Source of the DNA: Pseudomonadota bacterium
GTDB lineage: Bacteria; UBA10199; 2-02-FULL-44-16; JAAZCA01
Length of the DNA stretch: 48,417 nt
Direction of reading: 5' to 3'
NCBI GenBank assembly: GCA_043798915.1
Contig: JAZDOG010000037.1
Coordinates: 1 to 48,417, forward strand
Of this stretch, positions 12,253 to 20,499 are shown piece after piece. How positions within the stretch are numbered: position 1 is the stretch's first letter; each line of letters opens with the position of its first letter. The notes beneath the pieces are model-generated. The model was not told the origin of the DNA, did not search any database, and saw only the letters and a list, made by a program, of their open reading frames with translations. The position numbers and the translations under genes are program-made.

Positions 12253-12366
12253 AAGATTGCCTGTGTGTACCGTGATTCGGGGAGCCGGGCAAGTGGTTTT
12301 GTGCCTGCGGCACGCCGGGCTTTTGACGCGGCATGTCAGCCCGCCGCGTATTGCAGATTTTTCAAA

Positions 12367-12400
12367 TTTCACGCAACTTTTTTGCGCGCCCGCCGATAAG
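12367..12400 (+). promoter_or_regulatory. sigma28-like promoter motif, copy 2
   Basis: TTTCACGCAACTTTTT-tgcgcgccc-GCCGATAAG; GCCGATAA ends 9 nt before ATG 12409. Confidence 0.75.
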
Positions 12401-12408
12401 GGAGATGC

Positions 12409-15400
12409 ATGACAAATCGCCCTAAATTTATGGCTGTCTGCCTCTTCGCGCTGGTTCTGGCCGCGCTTGCCTCCGGCTGCGCCGGGGAGGATTACACCCC
12501 GGTCTTTTTTCCGCCTCAGACGCCGACGACGCCTGAAGGGCCGAACCCCGGCGAGAACGCCGGCAGGCAGTGCACCCTCACCTTCGTCTCGCAACTCTGC
12601 GTCACCATGAAGGGCGACAACATAGAGGTGGGGACAAAGTCGGACGACACCCTCTGCGCGGACGTGCCCGCATTTCCGATCCACATCAACGGCACAAAAA
12701 CGCAGATAAAGGGGAGTGAGTTCCCGGACATCAAGGCGGAGGGACACGGACTGCCGGCGCCGATCACGATAAATGCGCGCGGCGACGGCGACGGAGCCGG
12801 GAACGTGGGCGAAGGGACGATCGACTCGTCCGGCAAGATCACGGTCGGGAACCTCTCCCTCTTCATAGTGGCGCTGGGTGTGGTGGGCGAGATTCCAAAC
12901 CTGACGCTCACGACCGGAAGCTCGAGCGAGCTTCCATCGCTCCCTGTCGTGACCGGATCGCCGCCGGACGCCACGGGCGCGATGACCCTTGTCGTCGGCA
13001 CCGTGCTCGGACACACCATAGACGCCGCGGACAAGTACCTGAAGGGCGCCTCGCTGACGGGCGTATTCAAGGGATCGATCACCCCGCCGCTCTCGCAGTG
13101 CGGAGGCGAGGGCGAGAAATCCATCGAGGTGAAAAAACTCATCATCTCCAAGGATGGGACCCAGACCGAATCGCCGCTGCCGGACGGGACGCGCATGGAG
13201 GTCTCGGATGGCACGTACATCGCCGCAGATCCCATGGATGTCGGCGACCGTTTCGAGACGATGGCAAAGTTCCGGGTGAAGAACATCGGCAACAAGCCGC
13301 AGTCGATCCAGATACCTCAGCAGACAGGCCCCTTTCGCTTGAGCTCGCTCGACCAGCTCACGCGCGAGCTTCAGCCGCAGCAGTCGTTCGTCTTGAGCGT
13401 CAAGTTCGCGCCTTCGGCGGCCGACAAGCCCGGCATCATCACGGAGCCCCTCCCCATCGGTGTCGATCGCTTCGAGCTCTCGGGCAAGGCGATTCCTAAA
13501 TCGGCCTCCGGCTCGGTCAGCGTCGTGGATGACGGGGGCGCGGTCACTGAGCCCAACGTGAACGCGGTCCAGGTCGGCGACGCCGCTGTGCCGGCAAACA
13601 CCGAGCGCGCCTTCTTCCTCTGCAAAGAGTTGAAGTGCGGCGAGTCGAAGGCATGGACCGATTGCTCCGCATGCAAGGATCCGGAGACTACGCCCTGCGA
13701 ACTCCTGCCGGTCTCCACCACAGGCAAGCCGATGGGAGAGGTCGACGCCCAGTGCAAACAGAAAGAGCCGAGCGCCATGCCGCTCTACACCATCGATCTC
13801 AAAGGGTCAGGCAGCGCCCAGATCGCCGGTTCAAGGCAGGTGCTGGCCATCCGCAACAAGGGCGCCACGGACATGAAGATCACCTCCGTCTCGGTGGCCG
13901 ACGTGGGCGGGAGCAAATCCAAGGGGGAATTTTCCATCCCGGACGGCGCGATATTCGTCGCAAAAAAGTTTTCGGAGATACAGGAAGAGGTCGCGGCCGC
14001 GCTCGCGGGCAAAAAACCCCAGGGAGCCAGACTCCCGGTGACGCTGCCGCCATATCAGCCCGGCTACGACGAGACCACCATCTATGTCGTCGTCACATAC
14101 AAGCCATCGGATCTCATGGGCTCGGACGGGAAGCCCGCCGGCGTTGGCAGCAAGACCACCGACCGGGCTGTCGTGAAGATCGCGACGGATTCTGGAGACA
14201 TCTCAACAATAGTCACAGGCACTACCACGATAAGCGAGGCGCCAGCGCTCGAGTTGTACTTCAAGACATCGACTGGCGTGAAGCGCGTGGCTGACGGAGG
14301 TTCGTTCCCCTTCCGCGGCGTGACGCCTGCGACCGTCGATCTCGCGGTTCCGCTCTTTCTGCGCGTGGCCGACACGGCATCTCACACGCTGCGCGTGACG
14401 TCGATATCGCTCGACGGAACTGACGCCGCCAATTTCAAGTGGCTCGACACCGCCCAGAAGATCGCGGCCGTGCAGCCGCCATCCGGCAAGGGGATGCGCT
14501 GTTCCATCCCCAACGTCGACGAGACGACGGGCGAGATGAAGGGTGAATCCTTCGACTTGAAACCGGTCTCACTCGATCCTCCGGGCTTCGACCTGACGCC
14601 AGGCGCCTTTTCGACCTCGACCATGCCGCTCTTCGGCTGCGTCGACTTCCACAGCGACGGGGCGGCGAAGAAGCGGCTCTTCGAGGCCAGGATCACCATC
14701 ACGGCACAGGAGTTCGACGCAAAGGGCACGCCGTCGAAGAACCCGGACGGCAGCACCAAGCAGACATCCTTGAGCGCGCGGCTCCTGGCATCCATTAATC
14801 CCAGGACCGGCATGATGGTCCTGCGCATCACGCAGACGATGGCGGCGATCATGAACCCGCAGACCCCGTTCCTCTCCTCCATATCCTCCCGCTCCGACCA
14901 GATTGCGGAGGGAATGACGAGTGCGAATGATCTGCAGGTCTTTACCGGCGCGATGATCTTGGACCCCTTCGACGAGATGACGATCAAGACGAGCGGCGGC
15001 AAGGATGCCGTCTCGACGCCAAATGACGGGATAACTGCCCTCTTCCGCGCCATGGACACGCACCCTGTCTCGCAGAATTACGACGACGAGAGCCTCTTCG
15101 ACTATGCCCACTTGACTTTCGACTCGAGCCAGTCCGCGGGCAGCAAGGGCCTCTATGAGGATTACCCGAACGTCCCCGAGAAGGCCCGCACCAACGGCTG
15201 GCGCATCTTCACGGCTGCGCTCTCCTACCCGGGGCCCCTCGCGCCTCCCGAGAAGATGCCCAAGTCGCCGTCCGACTGCGTCGTCATCAACCCCTGCGAT
15301 CCGGAACAGGTGCGCCTCTTCACCGACGCCGGGGCCCGCGGCAGAAAAGGCGCGTGCGGATTTTTCTATGCGTCGGGCGGCCGCTACGACAGCCCCGCGT

Positions 15401-16146
15401 TCCACACGAAAGACGAGATGCAGGGGGGCAGCTACGACAAATTCTGCGACCTGGTCGACAAGCCTCAGAAGCTCCTCGATTTTAACACCGGCCGATCGTC
15501 CGTGGATGGCTCAATCACCATAGAGGAGGCGGGCCTCAGATTCTCCGGGCCCACTTACTTCCATAACCCCGGCGGGCCGATGGGCGCCAAGCCTCCGCTG
15601 GATGAGATATTCTACCTCTCGTTCACGACCGGGGTCCTCAAACCGCAGTCGAATCCGGAAGACTTGAACGTCCTTCCGGACCGCAAGATCGATCTCTCAA
15701 AGAACGAATTCAAGTTCAACTTGAACGACAAGACGATGGCGACGCCGCCGATCTGCGAAAAGAACACGAAGAACCGCGTGATAGGCGGCAAGAAATACAG
15801 CACCTGGAAATACTACGAAAGCCTCCTCTTCAAGGACGAGGATGGCACGATCCCGGCCGGATGCCCCGACGATGGCAACAAGTTCACCGGCGGGCAGGCG
15901 TTTCTCAAAGGGCGGGAGATGGATCAGGAGACCGGCGTCGCAACGCTCGTGGCCGCGGCGAAGTTCAGCTCCTCCGAGGACCTGACGTTCGCATTCAAGG
16001 ACGCGATGATATTTATCGTGCTCAACGGCTGGCTCTGCGACCCGAAAGGACGGCCCGAGGATTTTGAGGGAAGCCATTGCTACGACACGGGATTCAACGA
16101 GCGCGACGCGGTGGGTCAGATCTCGATCGTGAGAGACAAACCATGA
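12409..16146 (+). CDS. large lipoprotein with ASH/choice-of-anchor-D-like Ig domains and a duplicated terminal domain
   Basis: Lipobox LASGC; Ig-type segments VKNIGNKPQSI..GPFRL..LQPQQSFVLSVKFAP, IRNKGATDMKITSVSV, LRVTSISLDGTDAANF; many Cys. Confidence 0.8.
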   Translation: MTNRPKFMAVCLFALVLAALASGCAGEDYTPVFFPPQTPTTPEGPNPGENAGRQCTLTFVSQLCVTMKGDNIEVGTKSDDTLCADVPAFPIHINGTKTQIKGSEFPDIKAEGHGLPAPITINARGDGDGAGNVGEGTIDSSGKITVGNLSLFIVALGVVGEIPNLTLTTGSSSELPSLPVVTGSPPDATGAMTLVVGTVLGHTIDAADKYLKGASLTGVFKGSITPPLSQCGGEGEKSIEVKKLIISKDGTQTESPLPDGTRMEVSDGTYIAADPMDVGDRFETMAKFRVKNIGNKPQSIQIPQQTGPFRLSSLDQLTRELQPQQSFVLSVKFAPSAADKPGIITEPLPIGVDRFELSGKAIPKSASGSVSVVDDGGAVTEPNVNAVQVGDAAVPANTERAFFLCKELKCGESKAWTDCSACKDPETTPCELLPVSTTGKPMGEVDAQCKQKEPSAMPLYTIDLKGSGSAQIAGSRQVLAIRNKGATDMKITSVSVADVGGSKSKGEFSIPDGAIFVAKKFSEIQEEVAAALAGKKPQGARLPVTLPPYQPGYDETTIYVVVTYKPSDLMGSDGKPAGVGSKTTDRAVVKIATDSGDISTIVTGTTTISEAPALELYFKTSTGVKRVADGGSFPFRGVTPATVDLAVPLFLRVADTASHTLRVTSISLDGTDAANFKWLDTAQKIAAVQPPSGKGMRCSIPNVDETTGEMKGESFDLKPVSLDPPGFDLTPGAFSTSTMPLFGCVDFHSDGAAKKRLFEARITITAQEFDAKGTPSKNPDGSTKQTSLSARLLASINPRTGMMVLRITQTMAAIMNPQTPFLSSISSRSDQIAEGMTSANDLQVFTGAMILDPFDEMTIKTSGGKDAVSTPNDGITALFRAMDTHPVSQNYDDESLFDYAHLTFDSSQSAGSKGLYEDYPNVPEKARTNGWRIFTAALSYPGPLAPPEKMPKSPSDCVVINPCDPEQVRLFTDAGARGRKGACGFFYASGGRYDSPAFHTKDEMQGGSYDKFCDLVDKPQKLLDFNTGRSSVDGSITIEEAGLRFSGPTYFHNPGGPMGAKPPLDEIFYLSFTTGVLKPQSNPEDLNVLPDRKIDLSKNEFKFNLNDKTMATPPICEKNTKNRVIGGKKYSTWKYYESLLFKDEDGTIPAGCPDDGNKFTGGQAFLKGREMDQETGVATLVAAAKFSSSEDLTFAFKDAMIFIVLNGWLCDPKGRPEDFEGSHCYDTGFNERDAVGQISIVRDKP

Positions 16147-17801
16147 CAGACTTCATACTGAAACCAAAACCATTGGAACCCGAACCCTTTTCAGAGAGAT
16201 GGGGGCTGACAGGCAGCTACACCCTGAAGTTCCCGATCGCGACCGCGATATCCGAGGGAGGCCTGGGCCACTGCTTCGGCCTGGGGCTCAAGGTCGCCGA
16301 GAACTTCGACAGCGCCACCACATTCGAGGCCGGGGCATGTTTCGGAAATACGGAAATGAAACTCCTGCCGTCGGCGGATGCGCCCGGGACGACGGCCCAG
16401 GGCTCCTACTGGACGATACACGCTGGCTTCGGCAAAGAACGCCGGATGTCTTCGCTCTACGGCGAAAACGGGCGCCTCAGCGCGGACCTCATGTGGGGTG
16501 TGACGCCGTCCATCGGCGGGGGAAGCTTGAGCGTCTCCCAGCCCGGCTTCGATGGCAAAAGCTCAGGCGTAGTGGAGGTCAACACAAACTACAAGCTCAC
16601 GGGAGAAATCCGGCCCAGCGGCCGCTTCGTCATCAGGATAGGCCCGGAATTCAACCAGGGCGTGCTCTTCGCCGGCGAGGGCTCCGAGTTCAACCGCATG
16701 CTCCTCTCGCTCATGATCGTGGCGGGCTTGGGGTGGAGCGACGCCTCGGCGCGGTCTGGAAGGGCTGCCGACAGGGAGCTCGGCGGGCTGGAGATCTTTC
16801 AGGGCATGTATGCGACGATACACCGGTTCATCAGCGGCTACATATCCAACAGCGCGCTCGCCGACCAGCAGGAAGCGCTCAAAAAATACGGCCTGTTGAC
16901 GGATGGCGGCGACCGCGGCGCGAGCGGTTCGCTGCCGATCCTTCAGGGCGCAAGCGCGCTCCTCGGCGGGATGGACACAACCCTTTCCACATCCCTGCAT
17001 GCCGGGACCGGCTGGTTTCTGGGGATGACCGGGCTGCGCGGCGCAGGCGGCGTCGGCCTCATGCTCTCCGGAGGGGATGCCGGAAAGGCGAGCGGCACGA
17101 CAGATATCCTGACCCTGGTAAGGCCGATCGGCCTCCTGATCGGAGGGGTCGAATCTCCATCGAAGAGGCATCTCCTCCCGCGCGAAGTCGTCGATCGGCG
17201 CGAGATGTACGTCAACCTCGTGAGCTACCTGGTGAATTCCGGCCTCATGCTCATAGGCGCGGCGGCTGGGAGCGGCGTCCTCATGGACGGAGCGAACGGC
17301 GCGAACATCCAGATCGCGACCACGCCCGATCCGCTCGACAGGAATATGGCCCCGCGCACCGATGTGGCGTTCATTCCATACTCCGCCCGCTACGGGCTGA
17401 GCGGAAATACAAAGAGCGGCGGGCTCAGCGGAGTCATCATACACAAGGACTGGGCGGAACTGGCGCCTAATTTTCGGCTCTTCTCCTCCGTGTCCTTTCT
17501 CACGCCCCTCTACACGGACAAGCAGCAGAACACGGAGGTCGACAGCGCGCTGGGGATCGAGTGGAAGACCACCTACACAAGGCTCTCGCTCGGGCTCGAT
17601 ACGAAGATGATCTTCGGCGGAGGGGATGAGGCAAAGGCGGGCATCGGCGGAGTCCTCGGATTCGATATTGTGATTCCCATCAACGGCGGTGAGAACGGCT
17701 CCGGGTTAGTGCTCGGAGCGCGCGGCATGTGCCACAAGCTATTCTCCGATGGAAGCCAGTGCCAGGTCGGCCCGCACGCCGGCGCCTCGTTCCATTTCTA
17801 G
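16143..17801 (+). CDS. hypothetical protein with two beta-barrel-like regions and C-terminal Phe, no signal peptide
   Basis: ATGA overlap with the upstream stop; amphipathic Gly-rich strands at both ends; ends in GASFHF. Confidence 0.75.
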   Translation: MTDFILKPKPLEPEPFSERWGLTGSYTLKFPIATAISEGGLGHCFGLGLKVAENFDSATTFEAGACFGNTEMKLLPSADAPGTTAQGSYWTIHAGFGKERRMSSLYGENGRLSADLMWGVTPSIGGGSLSVSQPGFDGKSSGVVEVNTNYKLTGEIRPSGRFVIRIGPEFNQGVLFAGEGSEFNRMLLSLMIVAGLGWSDASARSGRAADRELGGLEIFQGMYATIHRFISGYISNSALADQQEALKKYGLLTDGGDRGASGSLPILQGASALLGGMDTTLSTSLHAGTGWFLGMTGLRGAGGVGLMLSGGDAGKASGTTDILTLVRPIGLLIGGVESPSKRHLLPREVVDRREMYVNLVSYLVNSGLMLIGAAAGSGVLMDGANGANIQIATTPDPLDRNMAPRTDVAFIPYSARYGLSGNTKSGGLSGVIIHKDWAELAPNFRLFSSVSFLTPLYTDKQQNTEVDSALGIEWKTTYTRLSLGLDTKMIFGGGDEAKAGIGGVLGFDIVIPINGGENGSGLVLGARGMCHKLFSDGSQCQVGPHAGASFHF

Positions 17802-18349
17802 CGAAACAGGTTTTTGGTGACAATGTACACCGCCACCTCTTTTTCGACGAGGTCGGCGAAGGGCTCGCGGGCGTCCAGGCGCCTGCGCACCTCGGTGGAG
17901 CTTATGTCCGGTATGGGCGAGCCTTGCCCCCGCGGTATGCGGATGATCTCGACCTGTTCGCGGATCCTGTCGAACTCGCGCCACCCGCTGGCCTCTTCGC
18001 TGACATCCCCCCCGGTGACGAGGGAAAAACGGAAATCGGGATATCCGGCCTTGAGGTGCTCGACGGTCCTCAGCGTATAGCTCGTCCCGCCGAGCCTCTG
18101 CTCGACATCCGTCACCTGGACCTTTGGGCCAAGCTTGGTGAACGCGAGTCTGCACATCGCGAGGCGATCTTCAAAAGGCAGGAGCTCCTTCCCGAACGGG
18201 TGGATGAAGCAGGGTATCATCCACAGCTCGTCCACCAGGTCCTGGGCGAAAAGCCACCTGCATATGACCGAATGGCCCAGGTGCGGCGGATTGAACGAGC
18301 CGCCGAAGAGGCCGACGCGCTTCCTTCTCTCTTTTCCGGAAAATATCAC
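17798..18349 (-). CDS. nadD: nicotinate-nucleotide adenylyltransferase
   Basis: GLFGGSFNPPHLGH, SYTLRTV, ISSTEVR; GTG start preceded by AAGGGGG. Confidence 0.93.
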   Translation of the reverse strand: MIFSGKERRKRVGLFGGSFNPPHLGHSVICRWLFAQDLVDELWMIPCFIHPFGKELLPFEDRLAMCRLAFTKLGPKVQVTDVEQRLGGTSYTLRTVEHLKAGYPDFRFSLVTGGDVSEEASGWREFDRIREQVEIIRIPRGQGSPIPDISSTEVRRRLDAREPFADLVEKEVAVYIVTKNLFR

Positions 18350-18398
18350 CCGACCCCCTTGCGAAGAGATGCGATGCAAAGTATTATACTCGTCGATC

Positions 18399-19223
18399 AT
18401 GAAACTCAACCACGTTCTCGTCATCTACAAGAGCCATATGGGCGGCGAGGTCCGGGGGACCGCCGCGACAGCGGACCTTAAGATGAGGCACAGGCGCCAC
18501 GACGAAACCCTCGCGCGCGTGAAGGAGGCTCTCGATGACCTGCGGATCCGCCATAAGTTCATAGACCGCGACGAGTTCAAGGGCCGCTCGAAGTGCGATC
18601 TGCTGATCACGGTGGGCGGCGATGGAACACTCCTGGCCACCGCGCACGGGGCGGGCGCCACACCCATCCTCGGCGTCAATTCGATGCCGGACCACTCGGT
18701 GGGATTCTTCTGCGCCGCGACGGCCGGCGACATCGGGAAGATTTTGAAAAACATCTCCGAGGGAAAGACGCGCCCCGCAAACCTCCCTCTGATAGAGGCC
18801 TCCGTCGATTCCAGGAGGCTCCCCGTGCTCGCGCTCAACGACGTCCTCTTCTCCGGGCTCACGCCGGCGGAGATGGTCCGCTATCGCATCACTCTCGGCT
18901 CCCGCTCCGAGGAGCAGAGGAGCAGCGGCGTCTGGATCTCAGCGGGGCCCGGCTCGACCGCCGCGATCTGCTCGGCCGGCGGCAAACCCCTGCCGATAGA
19001 ATCGAAGCGGCTGCAATATGTGGTGAGGGAACCCTGCGCAGCTGGCCACAGGCGCTGCGGGCTCAGGCGCGGGGTATTGAAGGCAGGGGAGAGGATATCG
19101 ATCACATCGGAGACCGGAGACGCCATGATCTACATCGACGGCCCGAACGTCTCCTGCCCGCTTCCAGCAGGCGCAAGGCTCTCCGTGAGGATAGCGCAAA
19201 AATCGCTCAGTCTGTTTGTGTGA
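18399..19223 (+). CDS. nadK: NAD(+)/NADH kinase
   Basis: TVGGDGTLL, ALNDVL, SSGVWISAGPGSTA motifs. Confidence 0.9.
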   Translation: MKLNHVLVIYKSHMGGEVRGTAATADLKMRHRRHDETLARVKEALDDLRIRHKFIDRDEFKGRSKCDLLITVGGDGTLLATAHGAGATPILGVNSMPDHSVGFFCAATAGDIGKILKNISEGKTRPANLPLIEASVDSRRLPVLALNDVLFSGLTPAEMVRYRITLGSRSEEQRSSGVWISAGPGSTAAICSAGGKPLPIESKRLQYVVREPCAAGHRRCGLRRGVLKAGERISITSETGDAMIYIDGPNVSCPLPAGARLSVRIAQKSLSLFV

Positions 19224-19230
19224 ATTTGAA

Positions 19231-20406
19231 TCAGCCGGCATCCGTGTCGGCAGGCAATATCTGGCGGGCAGCCGTCTCGATCGGAATGACGGACGCCAGT
19301 TCGGCGTCGGGGCTCCGGGCGGCGCCCAGCTCCTTGAGCCTCCTGGCCCCCGGGACGACGCGGCTCTCCCAGGAACCGACCGCGGAGTTGTACGACCTGA
19401 TCGCCTTCTCGAGGCCACCGCCCACATCCCCCAGGTGTTTCGCAAACGTGGCGCACCGCTCGAAGAGATCCTTGCCCGCCTCCGAGATGCGCTGCGAATT
19501 CTCCGCAAGCTGCTCCTGTTGCCAGCCCATGGCGACGGACCGCAAAAGCACGATGAGCGTGGTGGGAGTTGCCAGTATCACGCGGCTGGCCATCCCGTCT
19601 TCGATGAGCGAACGGTCGTTCTCCAGCGCCGCCGAGAAGAACGACTCGCCGGGCAGGAACATCACGACGAAGTCCGGCGCCGGATCGAATTGCTGCCAGT
19701 AGGCCTTCTGCCCCAGCTTCTTCATGTGGTCGCGCACCGCCTGGGAGTGTTTGGCAAAATGCGCCAGGCGCGACTTCTCGTCCGGGGCCTCCATCGCCTC
19801 GAAGAAGGCGTTGCGCGGCGACTTGGCGTCGACGACCACCGTGCGCCCGCCGGGGAGCCTCACGACCATATCCGGCCGCTGTTTCCCCTCATCTCCTGAG
19901 GCTGTCACCTGGACATTGAAGTCGCAGTATTCAGACATGCCGGCGACCTCGACGACTCGCTTGAGCGTCAGCTCGCCCCAGTTGCCCCTCACCACCGGGG
20001 ATTTGAGCGCGGTGGCCAGACTCCCGGTCTCGCGCGTCAGCTCGGCCTGGCCGTTCTGGAGGAGACGGAGGAGGCTCGTCAAACCGCCGTAGGCCTCGTT
20101 GCGCTTGCCCTCGATCGATTTGATCGCCTCGTCATAGCGCTTGAGCGCATCCTGAAGCGGACGCACGTGCTCGGCGATCGTGGGGGTGGCCTGCTTTATG
20201 AATTCCTCGCGGCTGTCCTTCAAGACCTCGGAGGATATCCCCTTGAACATCGTCTGGATGTTCCCGAAATCCTCGCGCTGGCGATCGAGCGCCGCCTCCG
20301 CGTCGGAGAGCCTCTCGCGCGCGACCACGAGCCGGGGCCTGTAGATGATGAAACCGATGCCGAAACCGGCTGCAAGCGCGGCAGCAATGGCGATGATCAG
20401 AATCAT
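19231..20406 (-). CDS. rmuC: DNA recombination protein RmuC
   Basis: N-terminal TM, coiled coil, RGNWGE..L, RPDMVVRLPGGR.VVVDAK, DFVVMFLPGE, ATPTTL. Confidence 0.93.
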   Translation of the reverse strand: MILIIAIAAALAAGFGIGFIIYRPRLVVARERLSDAEAALDRQREDFGNIQTMFKGISSEVLKDSREEFIKQATPTIAEHVRPLQDALKRYDEAIKSIEGKRNEAYGGLTSLLRLLQNGQAELTRETGSLATALKSPVVRGNWGELTLKRVVEVAGMSEYCDFNVQVTASGDEGKQRPDMVVRLPGGRTVVVDAKSPRNAFFEAMEAPDEKSRLAHFAKHSQAVRDHMKKLGQKAYWQQFDPAPDFVVMFLPGESFFSAALENDRSLIEDGMASRVILATPTTLIVLLRSVAMGWQQEQLAENSQRISEAGKDLFERCATFAKHLGDVGGGLEKAIRSYNSAVGSWESRVVPGARRLKELGAARSPDAELASVIPIETAARQILPADTDAG

Positions 20407-20499
20407 GGGAGGAGTCTAGGACGTCAGGCGTTCACAAGGCAACGGTTTTTTCCAGAGGTGGCCGCAACCGTATATCCGTTCGATTCTTTTGCTCTCATG

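Noticed and set aside
12253..13014. N-terminal 254-aa extension of ORF 11653..13014
   Set aside because: Antisense to the lipoprotein gene and its promoter; the real start is likely ATG 12252.
16199..17470. 423-aa alternative-frame ORF
   Set aside because: Arg/Gly-rich off-frame shadow of the 16143 gene.
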